NCBI RefSeq assembly: GCF_964204645.1
Contig: NC_134031.1
Span: 15,177,807-15,241,806 of the forward strand
Direction of reading: 5' to 3'
Source of the DNA: Tubulanus polymorphus
Lineage: Eukaryota; Animalia; Nemertea
DNA length: 64,000 nt
Below the pieces are notes generated by a model. It was not told the DNA's origin and searched no databases. It was given only the letters and a program-made list of their open reading frames with translations. The translations under genes and the position numbers were made by a program. Shown one piece after another: positions 13,501 to 36,403 of this stretch; the stretch's first letter is position 1; each line of letters starts with the position of its first letter.

Positions 13501-16500
13501 ATGTGAGCCCAGTACTCAGAAAATCGGACCTATTTATTGAGGCACTAAGACTGGGATTAGTAATGTGATATTAACCGCTTAATGTAAACAAATACCTCAA
13601 TACCAAACGAATAAACATGCTTACATGATAGAATACATAAAAATGAATACAAAACGTAATGACATGTTGGTCCCAAATGATCAGAATTCTACTGTAGCAG
13701 CCATGTTTTTCTATGTATTTACAGTATAGCATGTTTAACAGCTCTTCACAGGCACGGAGAATGTTTAGCTCTGATTAATAAACGTCTGGAACAGGAACGA
13801 GACAACGCCGATTTATTTGTGATGAGGGCAAGACTTCATGATCTATTCCAAAACGTATGTTAATGATTCCCTCCGACCCCAGCCTGATTGCTGCATCCCC
13901 TTCAGCCTGAAACTCCCCCACCCCTTCAGCCTGAAACTCCCCTACCCCTTCAGCCTGAAACTCCCCCAACCCCTTCAGCCTGAAACTCCCCCACCCTCTT
14001 CAGCCTGAAACTCCCCCACCCCTTCAGCCTGAAACTCCCCCACCCCTTCAGCCTGAAACTCCCCCATCCCTTCAGCCTGAAACTCCCCCACCCCTTCAGC
14101 CTGAAACTCCCCTACCCCTTCAGCCTGAAACTCCCCCAACCCCTTCAGCCTGAAACTCCCCCACCCTCTTCAGCCTGAAACTCCCCCACCCCTTCAGCCT
14201 GAAACTCCCCCACCCCTTCAGCCTGAAACTCCCCTACCCCTTCAGCCTGAAATCCCCCATCCCTTCAGCCTGAAACTCCCCTACCCCTTCAGCCTGAAAC
14301 TCCCCCACCCCTTCAGCCTGAAACTCCCCCACTCCCTTCAGCCTGAAATTCCCCTACCCCTTCAGCCTGAAACTCCCCCACCTCTTCAGCCTGAAACTCC
14401 CCCACCCCTTCAGCCTGAATCATTCGCCCTCCTATACTATACTACTAAGCCTATACTCAATCAGCCCGGCACATGCACCTCCTTTAGCGTGAAACCCTCA
14501 TTTGGTGAATGTTTGAATATATATTTACAGAGTACACTGTGTTCATACGATGTAAAGGATGCTTTACTGTTAGACGCTGAACATCCTGAAGCGCTTACAT
14601 TATTGAAAAAGATGCAGGATAAAGCTAAAGAAAGTAAACAACAGGCAATTTCACTGAATCTTATCGGAAAACATCAAGAGGCTTTACAGAAAATCACGAC
14701 AGCAATAGAAACGGATCCGTCCTGCCCGGAATATCACGTGTTCAGGTATGGATAAATCATTACGAGCTGCCGCTTGAAATTGAAATTTTTAAGTTAACGT
14801 TTCTATGAATTTTTCTTTCTTTCACAGGGGCGCCCTCTACAGGAGAACGAGCGATTTCAATTCGGCTATCGACGATTATTTATTGGCTCTCGATAAAACC
14901 GATCACAACGAGGACAGTCCGATTTACATGGACGCTCAAAGACAGTTACTGCTGACGTACAACGATTTCGCCGTCGAATGTTTCTCGAAAGGTTTCTACG
15001 AAGAAGCCGTCGTTCTGTTGAACAAAGCGATAAAAGGAGAGAAACGCGAGAAAGGGCTTTATATCAATAGAGGAGGTAGGTGGCGCTCTAGACTCAAAAG
15101 TCCGGCTTGCTGTGAAAACAACAGTGATATATTTATTCAAAAACTAGCTATAAGCGAAAGGCAGTAAAATGTCTGGTAGAACCTCCGATAGACTGCCCTT
15201 CCATAAACCGGCTCCCCGCCTACCGCCAGGTTTTCTCAATTTACATCTCGATACATAGTAAAACACCCCCGATATACTGCCATACTCTCTATACCAAAAA
15301 TCGTTCTGCACCGATGTGGGCGGTAAATCGGGGGTTGACTGTAGTACAGTATAACTCGTTTAATTCGGATCGGTTTTATTGGGAATTCACACTTACTTCC
15401 GACTGAAATTCCAGTCTTAGTTCTTGAACCAATCTAACAATTAAAAACCAGTTTTAAGATTTAAGACCACTTTTGGACGGCCCTTGGCTTTCAACCACCA
15501 AAACAGCATTGCGACACCATGATGATAATTTCATAATACAGTATAAACTGCTTGATTTGCATCGGTTTTATTCAGATTTTGACTAATAATATTTTGGACT
15601 AAAATTCCAGGTTATTTCTATTCAAATGAGGGCGCATAATTTGGATTTCGTATAATTCTGACAAAATTTTCCAATCCTGAGTGATTCGAATTAAGCGAGT
15701 TCCACTGTACAACACATATTTTGAAAATCAAACTGAACCAATTGTATTGTCGTAATTTCAGATTGTTTCTATCGTCAAGGCGACCTCCACTTCAGTTTAG
15801 CAGACTATCACCAGGCGTTAGAGATCGACCCGTATGATACGAGTATCAGATCACGTATATCGGTGATACACAACGAATTCGGAGTGATGGAGTATCAGGA
15901 TCGCAATTTCGAGGAAGCCGAATCACGATTCACTCTCGCGATTCAAAACAATCCGAAAATCGGTCATTATTACGTTTCACGGTGTCGAGCTAGATACGTT
16001 TTAGAGGTGAGTCACCAGGGGGCGTTACAAGTGTGTCAGTAATTACTGAGTTCGAACCCGGGACCCCTCTGTACATCCTCTATTCAGCATCAGTACCGCT
16101 CTGAATGAGTATCAGTAATTACTGAGTTCGAACCCGGGACCCCCCTGTACATCCTCTATTCAGCATCGGTACCACTCAGAGAGTATTAGTAATTACTGAG
16201 TTCGAACCCAGGACAACCCTGTACATCCTCTATTCAGCATCGGCGCCACTCAGAGAGTATCAGTAATTACTGAGTTCGAACCCAGGACAACCCTGTACAT
16301 CTTCTATTCAGCATCAGAACCACTCTGAATGAGTATCAGTAATTACTGAGTTTGAACCCAGGACACCCCTGTACATCCTCTATTCAGCATCGGTACCACT
16401 CAGAGAGTATCAGTAATTACTGAGTTCGAACCCAGGACAACCCTGTACATCTTCTATTCAGCATCGGAACCACTCTGAATGAGTATCAGTAATTACTGAG

Positions 16501-19038
16501 TTCGAAGCCAGGACAACCCTGTACATCTTCTATTCAGCATCGGAACCACTCTGAATGAGTATCAGTAATTACTGAGTTCGAACCCAGGACAACCCTGTAC
16601 ATCCTCTATTCAGCATCGGAACCACTCTGAATGAGTATCAGTAATTACTGAGTTTGAACCCAGGACAACCCTGTACATCCTCTATTCAGCATCAGTACCA
16701 CTCTGAAGAGTATATAAGATATAGTAGATTACCAATATTTTGCTTGACATGACGTCTGGAATTTTGGATTTTTCTCTTGGAAAAGTCCTGGAATTCCAGT
16801 TGCCCTGAAGTATACAAACCATGTTATTTATTTATCAGTGGATCAGTTTAACAATCGAGGATTAGGATTTGCGGTTCTACTGAGCTGAATTTAATTGTTA
16901 CTTTTAGAATCATAACGCGGCTAGAGAAGATATCCTGTACGCGTTGCTGCTCGATTCGCAGAATGAAGAGATCATGTCCGTTTTATCGAGATTGTTCCCT
17001 GGGAAATCGGTGAGAGATATAATAACGAGTCAGGCGGCTGATACAGCACGTATCGGACTTCAGAACGCCGTGGTAACCGCATCACCGGTCCGTCTGCCAC
17101 CGATGACTGATGATACTTTATCTATTACCACTAAACCGGATTAGTAAGTATTGAGGCTGTGAGGGGAGGGGTTGGGGGGTGAGGGGTAGGTTAGTGGGAT
17201 AACTGTAGTAATTATTAAGGCTGTGAAGGAAGGGAGAGGTTAGTGGGATAACTGTAGTAATTCAGTGGCGGATTTAGCCTACCACACTTGCCGCTAATGC
17301 GGTAGTCAAAATTTTTCCTTTTTGACTTAGCTGATTCCTTGGAAAAAAGTACCCATATTAAAACAGGATTTTTCTCTTCCAAAACCCAGGAAATGTCATC
17401 TCAGCCCTTTAAATAAATCAAAATTTTCTGGGGGAGGACCCCGAGACCCCCCGTAGGCACATCGTGCCTTCAGCATTCGTAATGCACATCTCGGTTGCCG
17501 AAATGCGGTAGTCATATTATGCCTCTGGATCCGCCACTGTAATTATTCAGGGGCAGATCTAGCCTAGGTTTTTGAATACTGCTCAGCTGTGGAAGGGCAC
17601 CTGTCATAGAAAATTTTGAATTTTTAGGGCTCCGAGATATAATCTGAGTCACTTTGGGGCATCGAAACCTTCTCTGCACCCACAAAATATGACATATTCA
17701 CCTGTTAAAGAAAGATCATTCTGAATGATCTTTCTTTAACAGGTGGAATTTCATCGAAAATAAGAAGTTTACCCATTTCGATTATTCAAATTGGCAAATT
17801 TTAAATTACTTCTACAAGAACTTGAAAAACATACAATCGTGAGTACCACTCAAGCGGTAATAGTGGTAGGCTGGATCCGCCCCTGTTATTGGGGCAGTGA
17901 GGGGAGGTTAGTCGCGTAGCTGTAATAATTATCGAGGATGTGATGGTGGTCTGAAGGGATACCGATTGCTAGTATGATATTTTCACAAGTCCGTCCGAAC
18001 TGTACATGTCACTCGATTCTAGTTTTACTGATTGTATATTTGTAGTGATGACGACAGCGTGATGATCTCTTCAAGTCGACTGAGAACGTGTGAACAGACA
18101 TTGAGTATCCCCCCTACAGCCCCTCAATCACTCTCTCCTCCCCACGCCGCTGGTAAACCTTTGATCATTACGTGCGTACCGGACATCAAACAGTGTATGG
18201 AGGAACGAGATTTTCATATCAAAATTGCGAAAGAAAAGAAAAAGGTCGGTGCCACATTTTGAAATGATTTTTTACTGAACACAAATCGGACGATAGAAAT
18301 GAGAGATTTTGATGAATTGTTTGAAATAAGAAATCGATTCTAAAATTTTTATCTCTCAGAAATAATTTCGTTATTTCAGATCAGATCTGCTACAAACTTT
18401 TAGGAACTAACTATAATGTAACTATATGTGTACAATAAGATTTTTTCAGGATTTTTGAAATTGTTTTTGAAGTTGTTAAGTTTTTCGATCAGTTTTTAGT
18501 TCACATTTCAAATGTTTCCCCACATTTTTATTGTATGGATAAAGAGAGAGACACAAATAGGATGCATGTCACTTTGTTAGAAATATGAATTCACTTCCAG
18601 ACTAAGGATTCACGTAACTGCTTAATTCGGATCGATTTTATTCAGATTTTCACTTATTTTGGACTGAAATTCCAGTCCCCTCGAAGTTATTTCTATTCTT
18701 CATATGAGAGCACATAATTCGGAATTTGTCCAGTCCCAGGTGATCTGGATTAAGCAAGTTCTACTGTGATTAGTTTATTAGTTATAACTTCCTGTGATCA
18801 AGGAGGGCTCATTCTATAATATTTTTATTTTCTGGTCATATTTCAGATCAACAATGCCGTCAAATCCGCATTGAACAATCGTAAAACTTTACGTCGAGAT
18901 AAAAACCATCGAGTCGTCCGCCTGCCCGGACCGGTGTCGTCGTACCGACACGGCGGAACTCCTGATATTCAAAAATCGAAAGTTCCTCTTCCTGCTCCGA
19001 CCGGTTGGAGGAAATTCACTGGAGGAATTAATGCTTAA
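10576..19038 (+). CDS. TTC16: Tetratricopeptide repeat protein 16 with long low-complexity N-terminal exon. Exons ~10576-11376, 11504-11676, (11762-11869 optional), 12576-12720, 13071-13261, 13725-13854, 14511-14745, 14828-15076, 15762-16006, 16908-17143, 18046-18244, 18847-19038
   Basis: Tandem TPRs: YQNAVEFMNEGDFERALMPLNKAINL...FYACRGECLLQLTDFQSAILNYKKA; RGALYRRTSDFNSAIDDYLLALDK...AQRQLLLTYNDFAVECF...AVVLLNKAIKGEKREKGLYINRGDCF, matching recalled TTC16 motifs. Junction phases checked were consistent. Confidence 0.85.
12304..12408. mobile_element. MITE family B (~105 bp hairpin, CCAGTTCCACAG...CTGTGGAACTGG); copies at ~20336-20445, 36088-36192, 43659-43770
   Basis: Terminal inverted repeats and a shared GAGTTAACTC/AATGAACTAAC core in four copies. 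Confidence 0.8.
13895..14420. repeat. 24-bp minisatellite CCCTTCAGCCTGAAACTCCCCCAC (~21 copies)
   Basis: Direct tandem array in a TTC16 intron. Confidence 0.95.
16030..16710. repeat. ~74-bp satellite with a Pol III B-box-like core (GAGTTCGAACCC), ~9 copies; related copies at 37255-37560 (inverted) and 37860-38295
   Basis: Unit ATCAGTAATTACTGAGTTCGAACCCAGGACAACCCTGTACATCCTCTATTCAGCATCGGAACCACTCTGAATGAGT. Confidence 0.9.
17263..17885. mobile_element. Two adjacent MITEs with (G)GCGGATCCAG-type TIRs; relatives at ~23845-24118, 27620-27895, 42350-42642, 59845-60138, 60400-60848
   Basis: CAGTGGCGGATTTAG...CTGGATCCGCCACTG (17263-17540) and CAGGGGCAGATCTAG...CTGGATCCGCCCCTG (17548-17885). Confidence 0.7.
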
Positions 19039-20445
19039 GACTTGTAAAATATCAGTTTAATATTGTTTGGACTTGTTTAATTATTTTTGTTATATATTTT
19101 GTTTATTTCACTTTATTTTTCATGCCATGTCAAAATGATGAAGTTTTTAAGTTTTATTGTACAGTTTTAGTTTTATTGCAGTAATCAAATATAAGTACAG
19201 CAATCCGTCCCTAAACTGTGAAATATCATTGGTTTTGTCAGAAATATTCAATACCGGTATGTAAAAAGTTATGTTTTCAATAAATTTATTCATGAAGTTA
19301 TATAGCTTTTATCTATTGTGATTTAGTGTATTCTCCCTACCATTTATTTATTTGAAGATTGAGAAATAAAAATATACGAATTTACAAAAATCTCAAATAT
19401 TTTATTGCGTGAAAAACTCGGCAGCGAATCGTGCGCCATCTATCGAATTTTGGTGACGGTATTTCGCGGGAAGAATTCAGAGAGTAGTGCAGGATGAATC
19501 CATTCCTGCTGCGGCACGTGAGGAATCCGTGCGCTACCGCCTTACCGCTGGTCAAAATGTGCGATCGATGACACAAAATTATTCTCAGAATTAGCTCAAA
19601 TTCAAGTTACAAACTTACAAACTCCTAAAAAACATCAGATTTATGTTTAACGGTAGTTTTAGTACTGCATTATTGCCAAATTTACCTCGAAATTCGAATG
19701 AAAGTATATTACAATTCAGTTAGGTGTTCGGTTGTGTAGTGTACGAAATCCGTGCGGCAATTTCCTTCCTGTTCTACAGTAAACAACTCTTCAAACATTC
19801 AGCTCACATTCCTTTGTACTGATTAATTCTGCCCCTAGCCGCCGCTTGTTTACTACTTATTCAAGGTCATGTTTTATATCTATTGACGGAATACTTACGC
19901 GACAGGTAAGGACTCTATAGTTATCCCGGCTTAACTATTTTTTGTTGGTGAGTTGACCCCTCCAAAAAATTCTGCCGAGTTCTGTATAGTGTAAGTGTAT
20001 GGGCTTTTTGGACTGTGATTTTCGGATCACTGATAAGCTAAATAACTACTAGTACCACTTGTAATATTTTTATTTTTGTTCTTTTAAGAAAAACAATTCT
20101 GAGAATTTCAAAACTGAAAGCGGTTTTAAATCGATAAATTCTTGAATCAAGATTGCCGTAGTTAGGACTGATTTATAGTTATTGCCATCGCTAGTAATGT
20201 GTAGCCTATTCCAACTTGGAGAATTTCAAAACTGAAAGCGGTTTTAAATCGATGAATTCTTTTAATCAAGACTGCCGTAGTTGGGACTGTAGTTAGGACT
20301 GAATGTAGCCTATTCCAACTTGATTTTAGGATCCAGGACCCAGTTCCACAGTTGTGAGTTAAGGTTTAACTCTGAGTTAACTCATTGAAAATGAACTAAC
20401 TTTAACTCAGAGTAACTCTAACTCACAACTGTGGAACTGGGGGCA

Positions 20446-20910
20446 GGTGGCCTAGCTCAGTCAGTTCTGGTGGTAGGCCTACATACCTGATAGAAGTCTT
20501 ATTAGGACCAGAAAGGTCTAGCAGTTGACCTAAAACCTTGATTTTTAATCCATCCTACGCAGCTGTAGGCCTATTGAAGGATTGCAAAAAAGTCTGCATT
20601 GAAAGGGTTGAAAAGAGAAAAGAAAAGTGACTCCATGATTTGAAAGTTTAAAAAATGAATTTTTGTATGAAGCCTAAGCATGGAAACATATTGTTAACCT
20701 TTCAAATCATGGAGTCACTTTTTTCTTTTCACCCCTATCAAAGAAGACTATTTGCAATCCTTCCATACAGCGTAAAATAGATTAAATATCAATGTTTCAG
20801 TTCACTGACTTTCTGGTGCTAATAAGACTTAGCCTATATCAGGTATGTACCCCCAAAACTAACTGAGGTACGTAGGCCACGTGATCTCAACTCGAGTTGA
20901 AATGGACATT
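20446..20910. mobile_element. Foldback/MITE with long (~200 bp) imperfect inverted arms; second copy at 57245-57910
   Basis: GGTGGCCTAGCTCAGTCAGTT...CTTATTAGGACCAGAAAG...AAAGTGACTCCATGATTTGAAAG mirrored by CTTTCAAATCATGGAGTCACTTT...CTTTCTGGTGCTAATAAGACT. Confidence 0.8.
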
Positions 20911-21212
20911 AGCACTTAATGAATTTAAGAGACATATACGAACAATTTGAGACAAAATGTCTATATTTAAGAGGGTAGGTAGGCTATGGGTTACCCTATT
21001 GTTCCTCGGTTGTTTTTAGAACAGCAGATTCAGCCTAGGCCTATAAAATACATAAAGGTCTGTTGTTTTTTTGGTTGCTAGACAAGATACAGATTGAAAA
21101 CAAGTTTCAGCCAGTCAAACAAGGCGTATCATGAATCGGGGGGTTTGCTATTGTTACAGGTTAAAGAAAAAACTGAAGTTTTAAATAATGTTCGTATTTT
21201 CAGTGTGTTAAA

Positions 21213-31616
<10,404 letters not shown>

Positions 31617-32964
31617 TTAGATCTTCGACTGAAAATCGATTCATTCCATGACTTATATTCATTGTTACTGACGATGTCTGCCGGATTAAATCCAACTTCA
31701 CCCATGGCAACAGTAGCAACAATAGCATCAGTTGGTGAATTTAAGTTTGTTTAATTGGTTATGTTGATTGTGAGTCGCCCTTTAATGATGAGGGGCTCTG
31801 AAATTGACGAGGTGCTCTGTTATGGATGAGGTGTCTCTAATTGACGAGGTGTCTAATTGATGAGGTACTCTAATTGATGAGGAGGTCCTTATTTAAGATG
31901 CAATTTAGATGTAAATTATTTTTGATGTTTAATTCAATGAAATTGTTGTACAAACTTTATATTATCGAGAACGGATTCCATTTTTCATGGTTTATTATTT
32001 TGTATAATGGATCGATTCTCTGCCTTACTGTATTTATATACCAGGAAATTTAAAAAATCAATGAAAAAAAATGAATTTTGTGAATTATTATTATTTTGAT
32101 AAATTAATACATGGCCTATATTGCCAATGAAATGTTTGTAAATTCATTATTTCTATGTTAAATCGATTTATTCATCAAATGGGATCAATTCGTGTATTTC
32201 ATCCGTACTCGACCCGCAGAGTATCAATCTTTACTCGGAATACACCGTCGCGTGTCGCCACCTGGTGTACGAATTGTACACTGTAGTAGCAGGTGCGCGG
32301 TATATTGATTTACTAGTTGCTAGGATACTAGAATCATGGCGTAAACAAGTATAAACAGGTTTTCAGCCGATAAACGACGCTCGAGCTGCTGCTCTCCCTC
32401 CCGTCTCCGTTCGTGATTATTGGAATTAATCTTGAAAGTCATGCGCGATTTAAGGTAGTTGAAGTTTGTTATGTCGATGGAGGGGTTGGTATACCGGGGG
32501 TATCTCTTGCCGAGAAGCGCGAGGGATTCTAAAAATAGCAGTGACAAATATGACGACATGATGGTGTCCTTATATTTATTTGTGGCCAGTGTTGATGTTT
32601 GTTGTGTAAATATATGGCTTGAACGGAGAGGTTTCTGCCACCTCTATTAAAACTCGGAGGCCCTCTCGTTTTAGTCACTGAGCAGGCCTCCATATCTAAT
32701 TAGTGTGTCGTGTTCGCCAATAATCTGAACGGGTGTCAATTAGCCTATCATCACCACTAATTAATTACTGGTAATTAACACATGTAGTAGTACATAGGCC
32801 TAGGTTATAGTTTGTTTTTAAATTGGCATTAGATTAGACTGTTCAACTCAATCCCCCACCGACAGCAGGTAGGTGTTTTAGGACTTCTCTGGATTTTATC
32901 TTTCAGATTTTATCGTTAATTTTTGGTGAACATGTTTTTTAAATTTCAGTTTGTCGCTGTAGTA

Positions 32965-35063
32965 ATGTGCGAGTCAGTTACCAGGTTACCGACCCCTGGT
33001 GGTGGTAAACGTAGATCAGCGGCTCCGTTAACTACCACCAGCGATGAATCGGACGACGGCGACGTCCCGTCGGTGTCCCGCGCGTCTGCCGATATAGAGA
33101 CCGATAGCGCCGTGGAGGACTCATCTCCTCTATCTCCGTGTAGTGGTAGCAGCACGGCTAGCGGGCCGATCTATATCAGACCGCCCGGGTTTAAACATCA
33201 CGCTCACTCGGACAGAGCTGAAATCATCTCCAGACCGAGAATTAAAAAGAAGAAAAAAATCGTTATTTTACGAGATGGAATCAAAAGACAAGAAACGACG
33301 GTGACGCCAAAAATCAAACCTAAAAGAGGTGAGAATTTCACTACTGAGATCATTGAGATAGTGCCATTGATATATCATTGAGATAGGGTCAGTGACATAG
33401 CATTGAGATAGGGTCAGTGATATATCATTGAGATAGGATCAGTGATATATCATTGAGATAGGATCAGTGATATATCATTGAGATAGTGCCGCTGATATAT
33501 CATTGAGATAGTGCCAGTGATATATCGTTGAGATAGGGTCAGTGATATATTGAAATAGGATAGTGATATATCATTGAGATAGGTTCACCTATATATCATT
33601 TGAGATAGGTTCACCGATATATCATTTGAGATATATATAATTATATCATTTGATATATACAAGTGAGATGGGTTCACCGATATATTATTGAGATGGGTTC
33701 ACCGATATATCGTAGTAGTTCAATAGTTCATCAATATGTCATTGCAATTGCTCACCGATATATCATTTAGATAGGTTTGGTGATATATCATTGAGATAGT
33801 TTTGCGGATATTTGTGATAGTTCACTGATATATTGTTGAGATAGTTTCGCCGATATATCATTGAGATATTGAGATATTTGAGCGATATTTCAACGATATA
33901 TTGAGATATTTAAGATGAATCGTTGAGATTGCTGATATGTCGTTGCGAATTATTTTTGCTGATATTTCTTTACGTTGAATGATGAGATATTTGAATTGAA
34001 TGTTGAGAATTGTTTGATGAATATATTTTTAGAACCGGTACCGATGAGACTGAGAGCATTACCTCAATCATTCTGGCAACAACCGAACAAACCGCAGCCA
34101 TATTCACCAGCAGGCGTTTATCCGATACTACCCCCTCTGTGTAAGGGGGAGTCTAGTGACGAGGAATCAGGTATAACACCCCCTCCCCTTCCTTCCCCTC
34201 TCTGTCTCTAATGATGAGTAGAATAGATCATAATGTATTTATGTGTAATGCGCCGATAATGAATAGAATCAGTATGGTGTATAACACTACACTACATTTA
34301 TAGCCATTGTGTTGTGACCTTCAAACAATCATAATCCCTACCCCTGGGGCAACTGAGAGCACTAGTAATAATCTTTTATAATCCTCTCCTTTTTGGGGAG
34401 GACGCAGTGGCGATAAACTGGTTATTAATCACGTGTTTGTAATACGATACAGAAATCCGTCCGGTGACGCCACCTGAGGAGAATAACAACAATAGCGCGG
34501 CGCCGAGAGACAAGTCGCATAGCAACAACAACAACAACAATCACAGCTGTTATAACAATAAACCGGAACGTCAAATCACCGTAACTAACGCCGATTTACT
34601 GTTCAAACTATTCGAAGGAATCGAGGACAATTCGAAAACGAAAAAACAATCGTCGACTTTACTGAGGAGAAGCAGGTATGGCAGGTGCCATTACTTCCCC
34701 CTATGACATCAGCATCGCATTATAAAACATCAGTTTTATGTATTACATTTCAGATCGAAGAGGTTAACGGCGGGACCAGCAGGCGGAGCCACTGGTGCAA
34801 TCGCTCATAGAGTGACGTCTAAAACGACACCGATAGCGCTAATAGCAGGAGAGGATCCGTTCCTGGTCGAGGCCGTTACCGAGAAACTATTTCCGCAGCT
34901 ATCACTAGAGCACGGCAGTAAATCGTCGTCGTGCTCGTCGCATATGACCTCGTCGTTACATCTGGTAACACTAAAAGAAGGAGACCGATCGGTAACTTTA
35001 CCTTCATTAACCGTCGAACAAAATTATTCGCAAATGTTGTCGGAACTTGTTATGCATATCTAA
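32965..35063 (+). CDS. Uncharacterised ~344-aa, largely disordered protein with a YAP/FAM181-like TEAD-binding Omega-loop motif. Exons 32965-33328, 34033-34170, 34453-34675, 34754-35063
   Basis: Four GT-AG exons with compatible phases (1,1,2) give one open frame: MCESVTRLPTPGGGKRR...YIRPPGFKH...RPRIKKKKK...EPVPMRLRALPQSFWQQPN...IRPVTPPEE...RQITVTNADLLFKLFEGIE...LPSLTVEQNYSQMLSELVMHI-stop. Upstream non-coding exon donor at ~32869. Confidence 0.85.
33345..33960. repeat. Degenerate GATATATCATTGAGATAG-type minisatellite (intron); similar GATATC-rich tract at 35310-35590
   Basis: Direct. Confidence 0.85.
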
Positions 35064-36295
35064 TGAGAAAGGTAGCGACCTCTCTCTGCGGCGAGAGAGG
35101 TTGTGACCTCTCTACTGTGACCTCTCAGCGGAGAGTTAGTGAGGTAGTGACCTCTTAACTGTGACCTCTTTCAGCGGAGAGAGGGGTAACGAAGAGGTTG
35201 TGACATCTCTCAGTGGAGAGGTAATTGATATCGTTAAAGTGATTGTGAACAGTCAGTATTGTTGGAAGTTGTTGCGCGATTCTGTGATTTCATAATAGAG
35301 TCTCCACCAAGGGAGATACCGATATCTCGATATATCTGATACCGATATATCAGTAGATATCTGATACTGATATCGTTGGCACGATATCTCAATACATCTG
35401 ATTTTGGATACAATATATCTGATGCTGTAGCAATACATTTGATACGGATATCTTAAATTTGATGCTGATATTTCAATATGTATCCGATACAGATATATTG
35501 ACATCACGTGATATCTCAATGTATCTATTAAACGTGATGGTATCATTATTAAGGGAGATATCGGGTTAGTTGATATCTCAATATTTTGAGATATGTTGTT
35601 CCAATATCACTATGATTTCTGTTTTCCTACTATTAACCGTAGTGAGTTGTTATAAGGGGGTATGGGTAGAGAGGGGAGGAAGGGGGTTGTTAAGTGCTCA
35701 TTTCCAACTGATGCTCAAACATTGTTTTAAATGTTACTCTTACCGGGACCAAGATTCACTAAACGTCCAGAATGAATTTTTATCAGCTTATTGGCTGATT
35801 GCTGCGTATGCTGATTGGCCCAACCTGTGCTGCATGTGCTGATTAGTTATTATTAAAATCTAATAATTGCTGTAGATCTTTGTAATCTATACAAATTAGA
35901 AGCATGTTTGTAATCGGTAAATCCCACAGGGAGGGGTTGGGGGGGTTATAGGGGTCCTTGTATCTGTTCAAGTTGTGTTGTGTTCATTTTGTGTGTGTTT
36001 GCACTGTGTACTAAAAACTACTACTGCCATAGTCTTATTATAGATACCGTCCCTGGAGGAACTATGTACACTTCTGCTAGAGTAATTCTGGGACCAGTTC
36101 CAAGTTAGGATTTAACTCAGAGTTAACTCGTCGAAAATGAACGAACTTTAACTCCGAGTTAACTCTAACTCGGAACTGTGGAACTGGGTCCTGGAGTACG
36201 GGTAACCATCCTCCAGTTTTAGTTTTATATATTTATTATTGTTAAGTTGATATTTTCATTATTGCTTCGAATTTATTGTAATTTTGATTTTAGCG

Positions 36296-36403
36296 TACAG
36301 TGGAACCTTGTTAATTAAATCGTCTTAATTAGGACTGAGTTCTATATTTGTAATATTCAATGAATCGTTATATCTGAATTCGCTGTAACGAGGTTCCACT
36401 GTA
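36296..36403. mobile_element. TA-flanked MITE CAGTGGAACC...GGTTCCACTG (Tc1/mariner-type); copies at ~38470-38647 and 40738-40940
   Basis: TA-CAGTGGAAC...GAGGTTCCACTG-TA with shared TATATTTGT(A/T)ATAT/AATCGTT core. Confidence 0.75.

Noticed and set aside
16030-16710. CRISPR-like regularly spaced repeats
   Set aside because: Whole units repeat with no unique spacers, there are no cas genes, and the context is a eukaryotic intron.
32965-35063. Calling the orphan gene YAP/Yorkie, Vestigial-like or FAM181
   Set aside because: No WW domains or HxRxxS sites, no VxxHF Tondu motif, no recognisable FAM181 N-terminal block; left unnamed.
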